From NCBI GenBank assembly GCA_963788655.1, contig CAWBHS010000088.1:32001-96000 (forward strand): a stretch of DNA of 64,000 nucleotides, read 5' to 3'. Below the pieces are notes generated by a model that saw nothing but the letters and a program-made list of their open reading frames with translations, was not told the DNA's origin and searched no databases. Origin of the DNA: an uncultured Verrucomicrobiae bacterium. GTDB taxonomy: Bacteria > Verrucomicrobiota > Verrucomicrobiia > Limisphaerales > JAFGQR01. Shown piece by piece: positions 39,282-48,755 of the stretch. Position 1 is the stretch's first letter. Each line of letters opens with the position of its first letter. The position numbers and the translations under genes are program-made.

Positions 39282-40226
39282 TCATTGCTGACCACTTTCC
39301 GCCCAGTAATCCTGCGGTTCGCTCCGCCGAATACTGGCCGCACAATCCCGCAGCCATTCTTCGACTGCATCCACCGCTTCGTCCGGCGTGGAAGTCCCGG
39401 CGGTGACGCCCACCGTTTTCGCTTCGGCAAACCATTCCGTCCGCAAGTCGCGATACGTTTGTACGTGATGGACGGCCGGACAGTGCTGGGAACACGTGGC
39501 CACCAACTCTCGCGTATTGTTGCTGTTCGCTCCGCCGATGACCACTACGACGTCCGCTTGCTGTGCGACTTCGACCGCCGCGTGCTGACGTTGTTTGGTG
39601 GGTTGGCATACGGTGTCAATGAACCGCACTTCCGAGTGGGGAAATCGTTCCCGGATCCGGGCCACCAGTTGGCGGACCTTTTCAATTGGCTGCGTGGTTT
39701 GCGAGGCCACGCCAAAACGCGCATGCTCCGGCAACCGGTTTACATCGTCCTCCGTCAGCACGACATCGAATTCGTCCAAGTCTTCGGTCAACCCGCGCAC
39801 TTCCACGTGATCGCGCTTGCCGATGATCACCGGATGGTAACCCGCGCGCACCAGTTTCTGCACCGCCGAGTGGGCCAGGCGAACCAGCGGGCAGGTGGCT
39901 TCCAGCACGCTCAGCCCGCGCGCCTTTACTGCGCCAATCCGGCGGTATGAGGCGCCGTGCGCGGTGATCATGACGTTCGGGGTGGAAACCGCGGCGACCT
40001 GGTGCTCAATTCTCACTCCTTGTTCGAGAAGGGTATTGAGGACGGTCTGGTTGTGGACCAGGTCGCCTAAAATCGTCAGCGGCTGGGACTGCGCCTTGTT
40101 CAAGGCCAGGGCAATGGCATCCCGAACGCCAAAGCACATGCCCAGGTGCGTGGCGCGGAGGATTTTGAATTGGGGGCCGGTCGGAGCCGGATTCTCCCGT
40201 CGATGATGAAGAGTTTCAGTTTGCAT
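39282..40226 (-). CDS. ispH: HMBPP reductase
   Basis: Three Fe-S Cys motifs (GMCFGV, ATCPLV, DTVCQPT) plus VHN, TAHG, HVEV, SQTT, NSNNT and TAGTSTP. Confidence 0.95.
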   Translation of the reverse strand: MQTETLHHRRENPAPTGPQFKILRATHLGMCFGVRDAIALALNKAQSQPLTILGDLVHNQTVLNTLLEQGVRIEHQVAAVSTPNVMITAHGASYRRIGAVKARGLSVLEATCPLVRLAHSAVQKLVRAGYHPVIIGKRDHVEVRGLTEDLDEFDVVLTEDDVNRLPEHARFGVASQTTQPIEKVRQLVARIRERFPHSEVRFIDTVCQPTKQRQHAAVEVAQQADVVVVIGGANSNNTRELVATCSQHCPAVHHVQTYRDLRTEWFAEAKTVGVTAGTSTPDEAVDAVEEWLRDCAASIRRSEPQDYWAESGQQ

Positions 40227-40235
40227 ACGACGCTT

Positions 40236-40252
40236 ACTTTGTGTTACAAAGT
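40236..40252. promoter_or_regulatory. Palindromic operator ACTTTG-N5-CAAAGT
   Basis: ACTTTGTGTTACAAAGT, 9 nt upstream of the ispH ATG. Confidence 0.7.
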
Positions 40253-40296
40253 TAATGACTCTATCGGTTGAATAATGTTCAAAGTTCAGGGGAGAA

Positions 40297-40605
40297 TTAT
40301 TTCGGTTTGTTTTGTTGAACGATTTGTTCCAGCAATTCCACGTACGCGCTGAACGCTTTTCGCCCGGCCTCGGTCAGCGCATAGGTGGTCAACGGTCGTC
40401 CATGCTGAAAAGCTTTGGTAACAGACACATAACCGGCCTGTTGGAGGGTGCGGATATGAGCAGTGACGTTACCGTCAGTCATGTTCAACGTCCCTCGGAT
40501 TTCGGTAAACGAAAGTTGCGGCGAGGCGGCCAAGAGCGACATGATGGCGAGCCGCCCCTTTTCGTGAATCACACGGTCGAGCTGGAGAAAGGGTTCCGGA
40601 TTCAC
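40297..40605 (-). CDS. Winged-HTH transcriptional regulator (MarR/ArsR-like, HTH_34 type)
   Basis: LDRVIHEKGRLAIMSLL..LSFTEIR..LNMTDGNV..H...L..AGYV...K...RPLTTY.LTEAGRKAF; GTG start overlaps the upstream TGA. Confidence 0.9.
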   Translation of the reverse strand: MNPEPFLQLDRVIHEKGRLAIMSLLAASPQLSFTEIRGTLNMTDGNVTAHIRTLQQAGYVSVTKAFQHGRPLTTYALTEAGRKAFSAYVELLEQIVQQNKPK

Positions 40606-41228
40606 GCCGCATTCCCGCCTCTCTCTGTGAAATAAAGGTAAATGCCGCAAGCCAGGTGGAGCCCGCCAAAGCCGACGCCCATAATCGCGTGACCGTGAAC
40701 CAGCTCTGGAACCTGCCCGGTGATTCCGCGCACCACGATCAACGCGCAACCCAATATAAAGAAGAACCAACTGAAGAATCGGATGCCGCGCGCCATGAAG
40801 AATCCGGCCGAGTGCAGCCCGCAGGCATACAGAAACATCCAGAAGACCGGCCAACCCCAGGTGCTGAGAAAATCCAAGTTGGGAAAAATCAGCACGAGCG
40901 CACTGGCGACCAAACCAATCAGAAACGGAGCAAATAGTGCTTGCACGACCCGTCGCGTAGGTAGCGACCAGAATGGTTCCGCCTCTTTGAGTGCCTGCCG
41001 GCGCACCAGCAAAAAGGCGCCGACCGCAGCTAGCACGCCCACACCCATCCAAAAGCCGATGAACCCGCGCAGACTGTCGATGCCCCACGCCCATCCAGCT
41101 ATGGCGGCCACAATGCCCACCGCCCCAGTGTAACTCATGATCGGCGCCAGGGTCCGCCGGTAGAGAGCGGAGCGCTCCATGAGGGTGCGTATCACCTGCA
41201 ATTGTTCGGCAGCCCAATGGTTGTCCAT
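40602..41228 (-). CDS. Multi-TM protein coupled to the regulator (candidate sensor)
   Basis: EQLQVIRTLMERS start, ~6 TMs, FGGLHL end; start ATG 41228. Confidence 0.8.
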   Translation of the reverse strand: MDNHWAAEQLQVIRTLMERSALYRRTLAPIMSYTGAVGIVAAIAGWAWGIDSLRGFIGFWMGVGVLAAVGAFLLVRRQALKEAEPFWSLPTRRVVQALFAPFLIGLVASALVLIFPNLDFLSTWGWPVFWMFLYACGLHSAGFFMARGIRFFSWFFFILGCALIVVRGITGQVPELVHGHAIMGVGFGGLHLACGIYLYFTERGGNAA

Positions 41229-41235
41229 GGCGGTT

Positions 41236-41263
41236 ACTTTGCAGCGCAAAGCTATATTGTCAA
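41236..41263 (-). promoter_or_regulatory. Second operator overlapping a likely promoter
   Basis: ACTTTGCAGCGCAAAGC at 41236-41252; minus-strand TTGACA at 41258-41263. Confidence 0.65.
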
Positions 41264-41362
41264 GCATCGATTCAAGTTTCTGGTAAACGCAAATGGCAGC
41301 GAGTTCGGGGCCACTCTGGGCATTTGAATCCGGCGGGGATGAAATCGGAGTAATGACCCTCG

Positions 41363-41438
41363 CGTAGCGGCGGCTCGGGAGAGCGCCGCTAAACTTGAAC
41401 AAAGCAAGTTGGCGGCGCTCTCCCGAGGCGCCGCTACG
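41363..41438. repeat. GTAG-type REP inverted pair, family F
   Basis: CGTAGCGGCGGCTCGGGAGAGCGCCGC ... GCGGCGCTCTCCCGAGGCGCCGCTACG. Confidence 0.75.
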
Positions 41439-41770
41439 GTGCAGATTCAAGGGGAGCATCCTCTTGAGGAGTTCTTCATCGGCCAAGATTGGCCCATCCC
41501 CCGGAACAGAGTGTGCTATGAGCTACCAGAAGTGAAGTGGCACGTGGTCAGATAGTTGTGCAAACCCCAGGCAGACCGCCTCAGCCCACGATCTGAATCG
41601 AGCTGGTGGGCTTCGGCAATGCGAAAGCCAACGGGTTGACGACCAGAAACATCCGCGCCGGGATCGGCAATGCCCCCGGACTATTATCGATGGCTTGAGC
41701 CGTTATGAATAAACAACAATGCCCGTCAGGCTTGGTCCCTGAACCGACCTGCCCTTCCGGGTTAAATCCA

Positions 41771-44700
41771 ATGAAGTCGTCAATCATTTCCTGCCTGGCA
41801 TTCCTGGCATTGGGGTGGGTGAGCGTGTCCGGTCAGGAACCGGCGCCGCCGCCGAATGATTTCCCGGCGGGCGTCAGTGTGCTGCTGGCGGCGGAAGGGC
41901 GCGTGGAAGTGGCGCGTGATGCCACCGCCGGATGGACGGTCGCCCAGACCAATCAGGTGCTGAATCCCGGTGATCGTGTCCGCACCGGGCGGCGCAGCCG
42001 GGCGACCATCCGCCTGTCCGATCTGACCGTGCTGCGGGTGAAGGAATTGACGACACTGGAAATCCGTCCCGCGGTGGCGAACCGGCAACCGGCTGGCCTC
42101 GATGTCAACCAAGGTTCGATCTACCTCTTCAACCGCGGCAAGCCGGGTAGTGTGCCGTTCCGCACGCCCATTGCCTCGGGGGCGATTCGCGGAACCGAGT
42201 TCAATCTCCAGGTGGCGGACAACGGCGGCACTGAATTGACGTTGCTCGACGGCGAAGTGGCCCTGCGCAATGAACAAGGGGAAATCGTCTTAAACAGCGG
42301 CGAACAAGCCGTCGTCGAACCGGGTCGGGCCCCGCGCAAAACCGCCGTCCTCAATGCCGTCAATGTCATTCAATGGGTGCTCTATTACCCGGGCGTGCTC
42401 GACGCCGAGGAACTGGCCTTGAGCGACGATGCTCAACAAGCTTTACAGTCTTCGTTGGCGGCGTATCGCAGCGGGGATTTGCTCGCGGCGTTGGAGCGGT
42501 ATCCGGAGAACCGGCGGTCGGATTCCGTCGCGGAACGAGTCTATCACGCGGCATTGCTGCTGGCCGTGGGCGATGTTGGCCAAGCCGAATCCATGCTGGC
42601 TGATTTGAACCAACCGTCCCCGCTCGCCGACGCGCTGCGCACGGTCATTGCCGCGGTCAAATACCAACCCTTGCCCGGGACGGTCAGTGCTAAACCGGCC
42701 ACCGCCTCGCAATGGCTCGCCCAATCGTATTACCAGCAATCGCGCGCCGATCTGCCCGGTGCCCTCCAGGCCGCGCACGCGGCGGTGAAGCAGGCGCCCA
42801 ACTTCGGTTTTGCCTGGGAACGATTGGCCGAGTTGGAGTTTGGTTTTGGCCGGATCGACCGCGCGCGCTCGGCGCTGGTCAAGGCACTGGCGCTGTCTCC
42901 GCGCAATGCCCAAGCCGTGGCCTTGCAAGGCTTCCTGCTGGCCGCGCAAAACCAGACCGCCCAGGCACGAGCGGAGTTTGATCGAGCCATCGCGCTGGAT
43001 GGCGCCAATGCCAATGCCTGGCTCGGACGCGGTTTGATTCGCATCCGCCAGGGCGACGGCGCAGGGGGGCGCGAAGACTTGCAGGTGGCCGCTACGTTGG
43101 AGCCCAATCGTGCCGTGCTGCGGAGTTATCTGGGCAAGGCGTTCAGTTACACGGGCCCGGACAAATTGGCGGCGAAGGAATTGGAATTGGCGCAGAAACT
43201 CGATCCACGCGACCCGACCAGTTGGCTGTATTTGGCGTTGTTGCGGCAACAGCAGAACCGCATCAACGAAGGCGTCGGCGACCTGGAAATGTCCAAGCAA
43301 CTCAATGACAACCGCCAGGTCTATCGCTCGCGATTGCTGGTGGACGAAGATCGCGCCGTGCGTTCGGCCAATCTGGCGGGCCTCTATCGCGACGCGGGAA
43401 TGATCGACGTTAGTGCGCGGGAGGCGTCACGGGCGGTGGATTACGATTACGCGAATTACTCGGCGCACCTGTTTCTGGCGGAGAGTTACGATGCGCTGCG
43501 GGATCCCAAACTGATCAACTTGCGCTACGAAACGCCGTTCCTCACGGAGCTGCTGGTGGCCAACCTGCTGGCGCCGGTCGGTGCGAACAATCTTTCGCGC
43601 AATGTGTCGCAGCAGGAATACTCGCGATTGTTCACGGGCGACCACTTGGGAGTGATCAGCGCCACCGAATATTACAGCCGGGGCGATTGGGTGGAGAACG
43701 GCTCGCAATACGGCACCATCGGCAACAGCAGTTACGCGCTGGATGCCGCCTATCGCAAAGAAAACGGTTACCGCCCCAACAACGACTTGGACCAACTCGG
43801 TTTGGCCTTCACGTTCAAGCAGCAAGTCACCCCGGCGGACAGCGTGTTATTCCAGGCCACACTCTTCAACAGCAAATCCGGCGACCTGGCCCAATACTAC
43901 AACCAGGACGGCCGCCGCCCGGACCTGCCCGCGCCCAGCCTTTACGAACGGGTGACGGAAAAGCAGGAGCCCAATCTGCTGGTCGGTTACCACCACGAAT
44001 GGTCGCCCGGAGTTCACACGTTGTTTTTGGCGGGGCGGTTTGATGACACGCTGACGCTCACTGACCCGACGACGAAGATTCCCTTCATCAAACCCAGCGG
44101 CAACATCCAGTCGGAGACGTTCGCCGTCGATTACCGGAGCGTCTTTGAAGCTTACTCGACCGAATTGCAGCAAATTTGGCAGACGCCCAATCACACGACT
44201 GTCGCGGGTGGGCGTTTTCAGTATGGGTGGAACGACACGACGACGCGCGTGTTCGATGCGGTCAATCCGGGCCTGGGCCGGCTGGATACCAATCAAATGG
44301 TTTCCACCGATCTCAGCCGCCTGAATTTTTACGCCTATCACCAGTGGCAATTGTTCGAACCATTGCGACTGACCGCGGGCGTCAGCTATGACCGGTTGTA
44401 TTATCCGCGCAACATCGACACCTCGCCCATCACGGACAAGCAAACGACCGAAGATCAGGTTTCCCCCAAAGCCGGACTATTATGGACGCCGTGGGCCGAT
44501 GCCAACGTGCGGGCCGCGTACAGCCAGTCGCTGGGCGGCTTGTTCTTCGACAACAGTGTTCGTCTTGAACCGGTGCAACTGGCCGGCTTCACGCAGGCCT
44601 ATCGCAGTCTCGCGCCGGAATCGGTGGTCGGATTGGTGCCGGGCACGCGCTTCGAAACTTGGGGTGTGGGTTTTGATCAACGGTTCCGATTCGGTTTGTA

Positions 44701-45277
44701 TCTGGGCCTGGATGGCGAGCTCTTGAAATCGCGAGCCGACCGGTTGGTGGGAACGGCGCGGACCAGCGGCGGCTTCATTCCCGTACCCAATCAAGCGGGG
44801 AGCACGCGGCAGACACTCGATTATGATGAGCACGCCCTGTTGGTGACCGTGAACCAACTGCTCGGCCGGCAATGGTCCCTGGGCGCGCGCTACCGGATCA
44901 GCGTGGCCGATCTCACGACCCGGTTCACGGAGCTGGCTCCCGGAGCGGGCGGCGCGCAGAACTTCAATGAGGACGTGAGCGCCACGCTGCACCAATTGAA
45001 CCTCGACGTGAACTTCAATCATCGTTGCGGCTTCTTTGCGACGGCGGACGCGATGTGGAATCATCAGTCCAACCATGGCTATGCCGGGGCGCTGCCGGGC
45101 GACGACTTCTGGCAGTTCAATCTGTTCGCTGGCTACCGGTTCCTCCAACGGCGAGCGGAACTGGGGCTGGGGCTGCTCAATGTGTCTGACCAGGATTACC
45201 GACTGAACCCGCTGACCCTGTATCGCGAGCTGCCGCGCGAGCGCACGTTGCTGGCGTCGCTCCGGTTTTATTTCTAA
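41771..45277 (+). CDS. FecR + TPR + TonB-receptor-like outer-membrane beta-barrel protein
   Basis: Signal peptide, FecR motifs GDRVRTG and TP...AIRGTEF, TPR helices, amphipathic beta-strands ending LRFYF. Confidence 0.85.
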   Translation: MKSSIISCLAFLALGWVSVSGQEPAPPPNDFPAGVSVLLAAEGRVEVARDATAGWTVAQTNQVLNPGDRVRTGRRSRATIRLSDLTVLRVKELTTLEIRPAVANRQPAGLDVNQGSIYLFNRGKPGSVPFRTPIASGAIRGTEFNLQVADNGGTELTLLDGEVALRNEQGEIVLNSGEQAVVEPGRAPRKTAVLNAVNVIQWVLYYPGVLDAEELALSDDAQQALQSSLAAYRSGDLLAALERYPENRRSDSVAERVYHAALLLAVGDVGQAESMLADLNQPSPLADALRTVIAAVKYQPLPGTVSAKPATASQWLAQSYYQQSRADLPGALQAAHAAVKQAPNFGFAWERLAELEFGFGRIDRARSALVKALALSPRNAQAVALQGFLLAAQNQTAQARAEFDRAIALDGANANAWLGRGLIRIRQGDGAGGREDLQVAATLEPNRAVLRSYLGKAFSYTGPDKLAAKELELAQKLDPRDPTSWLYLALLRQQQNRINEGVGDLEMSKQLNDNRQVYRSRLLVDEDRAVRSANLAGLYRDAGMIDVSAREASRAVDYDYANYSAHLFLAESYDALRDPKLINLRYETPFLTELLVANLLAPVGANNLSRNVSQQEYSRLFTGDHLGVISATEYYSRGDWVENGSQYGTIGNSSYALDAAYRKENGYRPNNDLDQLGLAFTFKQQVTPADSVLFQATLFNSKSGDLAQYYNQDGRRPDLPAPSLYERVTEKQEPNLLVGYHHEWSPGVHTLFLAGRFDDTLTLTDPTTKIPFIKPSGNIQSETFAVDYRSVFEAYSTELQQIWQTPNHTTVAGGRFQYGWNDTTTRVFDAVNPGLGRLDTNQMVSTDLSRLNFYAYHQWQLFEPLRLTAGVSYDRLYYPRNIDTSPITDKQTTEDQVSPKAGLLWTPWADANVRAAYSQSLGGLFFDNSVRLEPVQLAGFTQAYRSLAPESVVGLVPGTRFETWGVGFDQRFRFGLYLGLDGELLKSRADRLVGTARTSGGFIPVPNQAGSTRQTLDYDEHALLVTVNQLLGRQWSLGARYRISVADLTTRFTELAPGAGGAQNFNEDVSATLHQLNLDVNFNHRCGFFATADAMWNHQSNHGYAGALPGDDFWQFNLFAGYRFLQRRAELGLGLLNVSDQDYRLNPLTLYRELPRERTLLASLRFYF

Positions 45278-45360
45278 TCTTCTGCTGGTGCCGGAGCTTG
45301 AAGCGCCACATGCCTCTCGGGAATTTCCATAAGAAACCATGCGAATAACCGCCAGGTTTT

Positions 45361-45433
45361 GGAGTGCGGCAGCCCTCTGCCGCTTTCGAAAGCCCCACTG
45401 CCCTCCGAAAGCGGCAGAGGGCTGCCGCACTCC
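45361..45433. repeat. REP inverted pair, family A variant
   Basis: Perfect 28-bp inverted repeat, 45361-45388 with 45406-45433. Confidence 0.85.
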
Positions 45434-45589
45434 AGGACGCTGCCGCGTCAGCGCCAGTTCTCTTGCGCAACCAGTCCGCCTGCGCAACCAGTATCCAACG
45501 GGCACTGATCGGCTAGAGGCGGTTTCGGAGAAGTTAGAACGTTGTTGGATCATTCGAGACCGGCGGGACGCCGGTCCTACGCGTGCGCG

Positions 45590-47632
45590 GTGAAAGCCAA
45601 GCGTCAATTCATCGAGAACGGGTGGGGCGGGGCGATTGGCGCTGTGCTGGCTGCTGCCCTCGGGGTGACCCTGCTCATCCTGCCGCTCGGACGAGGATTG
45701 GTGGACTGGAGTTACGACTTGCCCTTCGCCCTGCGACCGGTGCTCCATCCCGACGAAGCGGTGTTGGTCCTGATGGATGACGAGTCCCATGACAAACTGG
45801 CGCAGCCGTTCAACCGGCCCTGGGACCGCCGCCTTCATGCCCGGATGATCGACCGGCTGACTGCCGCGGGTGCCAAAGCTATCGTCATGGACATCGTGTT
45901 CAGCGATCCGGCTCCTGATCCGGAAGAAGATCCGCGCATGGCCGAAGCGATGCGCCACAGTGGGCGCGTGGTGTTGGCCGCAGATACCGTTCCTGCCGGC
46001 TACGGCGAAGACGAGGTGAACATGCGCATGGTCACCATGCCGACTGACGTGCTCCGGGATCAGACCGCCCGGTTTGCTTCGGACGACTATGAAGGCGTGG
46101 GTTCGGCCGAAATGGTGCCGTCCCAGGACTTCGTCATCCGGCGGCATTTCCACGGCTCGAAGGATGACGTACTGCCCAGCATGAGTTGGGTCACGGCCAA
46201 GTTTCTGCAGGCCGAAGTCAGCCGGGACGAAGTCGAGCGAACCCGGCCGCGCTGGGTCAATTACTACGGCCCCTCCGGCACGGTCCCCAACGTGAGCTAC
46301 TTCCGGGCGCTGGATCCCACGCTGAGTTCGGACGCGTTGTTTCGTGATCGAGTGGTGTTCATTGGCGCGCGATTGTTCACCGTGTTCAGCGGTCAGCGCA
46401 AGGATGAGTTTCGGACGCCGTATTCGTACTGGCGGGACCAAAACAAGTTCATGCCGGGAGTGGAAGTGCAAGCGACGCTCCTCCTTAATTTGCTGCGGGG
46501 CGACTGGTTGAACCGCGGGCCCGTGCCGCTCGAGCTGATATGTCTGTTGCTCGCCGGCTTGCTCATAGGTTTTCTGCTGGCGCAACTCCGGCCATTGACC
46601 AGCACGCTCGTGGCGCTGGGAAGCATCCTCGCCGTCAGCGGGGCAGCGTATGCGCTCTTCCGTTTCGGCAGCACGTGGTTTCCCTGGCTGTTAGTAGTGG
46701 TGCAGATTGCGGTGGCCTGGTTGTGGTCGCTGCTGTTCAACACGGTGCAACTCTATGTCGAAAAACGCGTGCTCGAACAGTCCCTCGCCTTGCACCTGTC
46801 GCCGTCGCGGGTGAAGCAGCTTATGGGGCATCCTGACCTGCTCAAGCCCGGCGCGGAAAAACAACTCGTGAGCATCCTGTTCAGTGACATTGCCGACTTC
46901 ACCAAGATTTCCGAAGGCATGGACTCCGACCAATTGGCGCGGCTGATGAACAATTATTTCGAAGTGGCGATTGCGCGCATCCACGAAACCGATGGCATGG
47001 TGGTGAAGCTGATTGGCGACGCCATTTTCGCCGTCTGGAACGCTCCGCTCGCGCAGGAAGATCATCGCGCCCGGGCCTGTCAGGCCGCCTTGAAGTTGCG
47101 CGACCAGGTGGCCCAGTTCCTGGACCGCCGGACCAGCCACCCGCTCATGACCCGCATCGGCCTGCACACCGGTCTGGCGAACGTGGGCAACTTTGGCAGC
47201 GCCTCGCGCTTTGACTACACGGCCATTGGCGAAAGTATCAATCTGGCTTCGCGCATGGAAGGGCTCAACAAGCATCTCGGCACGAGCGTGCTGGCCACAC
47301 GGGAAACGCAACTCGCGGTGGCGGACCACTTGGACTCCCGGCTCATTGGCCACTTTCGTTTGAAAGGTTTCGAGAAGGCGGTCGAGGTCCATGAATTGAT
47401 GGGGCCCGTTGAACAAGTGGAGTCCACCCGCCCGGTGCGTGATTACTTTGCGAAGGCTCTTAAGCATTTTCAGAACAAAGCGTTTTTCGAAGCCAAAGAC
47501 GGATTTATCCGCACGCTCGAACTGCTGCCCAACGACGGTCCGTCTCTGTTCTACATTGCCACCCTTTCCGAAATGCTGCCGGAGTTCCTGCCCGACGATT
47601 GGCGCGGGGAAATCATTCTGCGCGAGAAGTAG
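45590..47632 (+). CDS. CHASE2-domain class III adenylate cyclase
   Basis: TM, CHASE2 (PWDRRLHA, MPGVEVQA), three TMs, cyclase motifs LFSDIADFT, VKLIGDAI and DYTAIGESINLASRMEGLNK; Lys/Thr specificity residues indicate ATP. Confidence 0.92.
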   Translation: MKAKRQFIENGWGGAIGAVLAAALGVTLLILPLGRGLVDWSYDLPFALRPVLHPDEAVLVLMDDESHDKLAQPFNRPWDRRLHARMIDRLTAAGAKAIVMDIVFSDPAPDPEEDPRMAEAMRHSGRVVLAADTVPAGYGEDEVNMRMVTMPTDVLRDQTARFASDDYEGVGSAEMVPSQDFVIRRHFHGSKDDVLPSMSWVTAKFLQAEVSRDEVERTRPRWVNYYGPSGTVPNVSYFRALDPTLSSDALFRDRVVFIGARLFTVFSGQRKDEFRTPYSYWRDQNKFMPGVEVQATLLLNLLRGDWLNRGPVPLELICLLLAGLLIGFLLAQLRPLTSTLVALGSILAVSGAAYALFRFGSTWFPWLLVVVQIAVAWLWSLLFNTVQLYVEKRVLEQSLALHLSPSRVKQLMGHPDLLKPGAEKQLVSILFSDIADFTKISEGMDSDQLARLMNNYFEVAIARIHETDGMVVKLIGDAIFAVWNAPLAQEDHRARACQAALKLRDQVAQFLDRRTSHPLMTRIGLHTGLANVGNFGSASRFDYTAIGESINLASRMEGLNKHLGTSVLATRETQLAVADHLDSRLIGHFRLKGFEKAVEVHELMGPVEQVESTRPVRDYFAKALKHFQNKAFFEAKDGFIRTLELLPNDGPSLFYIATLSEMLPEFLPDDWRGEIILREK

Positions 47633-47964
47633 GCCAGGCGTCCCGCCTGTCTCGCATGATCGAAAACTCGTTGATGGTTTCTGCAACGCCCGCAGGGGGT
47701 ACGATCCACCGAACAACGCGAAGCGTTGGGAGCGCGCGGAACTTGCTCCCGCTTTTATCTGGCATAGCACGCCCGCAAAGCATGGAGCCGCCCGCTGATA
47801 AATATTCTGTTTCCGAGCACGCGGGGAATTTCCCTGTGGTCGGTTGTCGGTGGGCGTTCGCTCTGCGGGGACAAGTGGGCCGCGGTGGAATGCGTCCCCA
47901 CCTGATTTTGGCAGGCTGATTTTTCCAGCGAGCCCCAGAAACTTCCGGCAAAACCTTCGCAGAG

Positions 47965-48393
47965 TTACGCCGCTTTTTCGGTCTGTTTGCGGTTAAACTC
48001 GCGCAGGCGCCCACTGATTTCTCGCAGGAATTTTAGGGCCAATTCAGGAGACTCCTCCAAGAGGCACATGATCTCTTCGCTGGGGATAAAACAAACGGTG
48101 GACGGCGTCCGCGCCAACGCGCAAGCCGACCGACTTTGTCCATCCAAGACCGCCATTTCCCCAAAGATCTCCCCGGGCATGACGCGGGATAAGACTCGCC
48201 GCTCCTTGGGGTCCGTTGAATCGCAAATTTCCACCTCACCCGCCCGAACGAAATAGAGCCCGTCTCCTGGATCGCCGAGACGAAAAATGACTTCTCCAGC
48301 GCCAAGGTTCAGTCCTTGGGTATGTCTGCGCAACCGCTCGAGGGTCTCGGTTGGCAGGTGACAGAACAAATTGCAGGCTTCAAACGTTGTCAT
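47965..48393 (-). CDS. Stand-alone cyclic-nucleotide-binding domain protein
   Basis: IFRLGDPGDGLYFVRAGEVEI, GEIFGEMAVLDGQSRSA and C-helix; no HTH or kinase domain follows. Confidence 0.85.
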   Translation of the reverse strand: MTTFEACNLFCHLPTETLERLRRHTQGLNLGAGEVIFRLGDPGDGLYFVRAGEVEICDSTDPKERRVLSRVMPGEIFGEMAVLDGQSRSACALARTPSTVCFIPSEEIMCLLEESPELALKFLREISGRLREFNRKQTEKAA

Positions 48394-48755
48394 CTATCTA
48401 CGGCACAACTCACCGCGTAGGTTTGCTCAGCATGGCCAACGCCAAATCCATTCAGCCCGCCAAGAGAAGTTTGGTCAGCTTACTCGTGCGCTAGTCTTCT
48501 CCAGCCAGCAGCCACGAGGGGCGTTGCCCCGTCGATTGATTCTGTGGATAAGGATGGGCAACGCCTGCCTACCGGCAGGCAACTTTTGAGTATCCGGAGA
48601 GGAACCATACCTGTGGGCAGCCTATTGACGCCATGCCAAGCTCGCCCCCATTCCGCATTGCCCCGGTCATCGCTTCGTAGAATCCCCTAAAGTCCGATCC
48701 GCAAATACCGAAGTCAGTTCTATCGCGATGACAGTCATTCAACTGTGCCGGTAAA

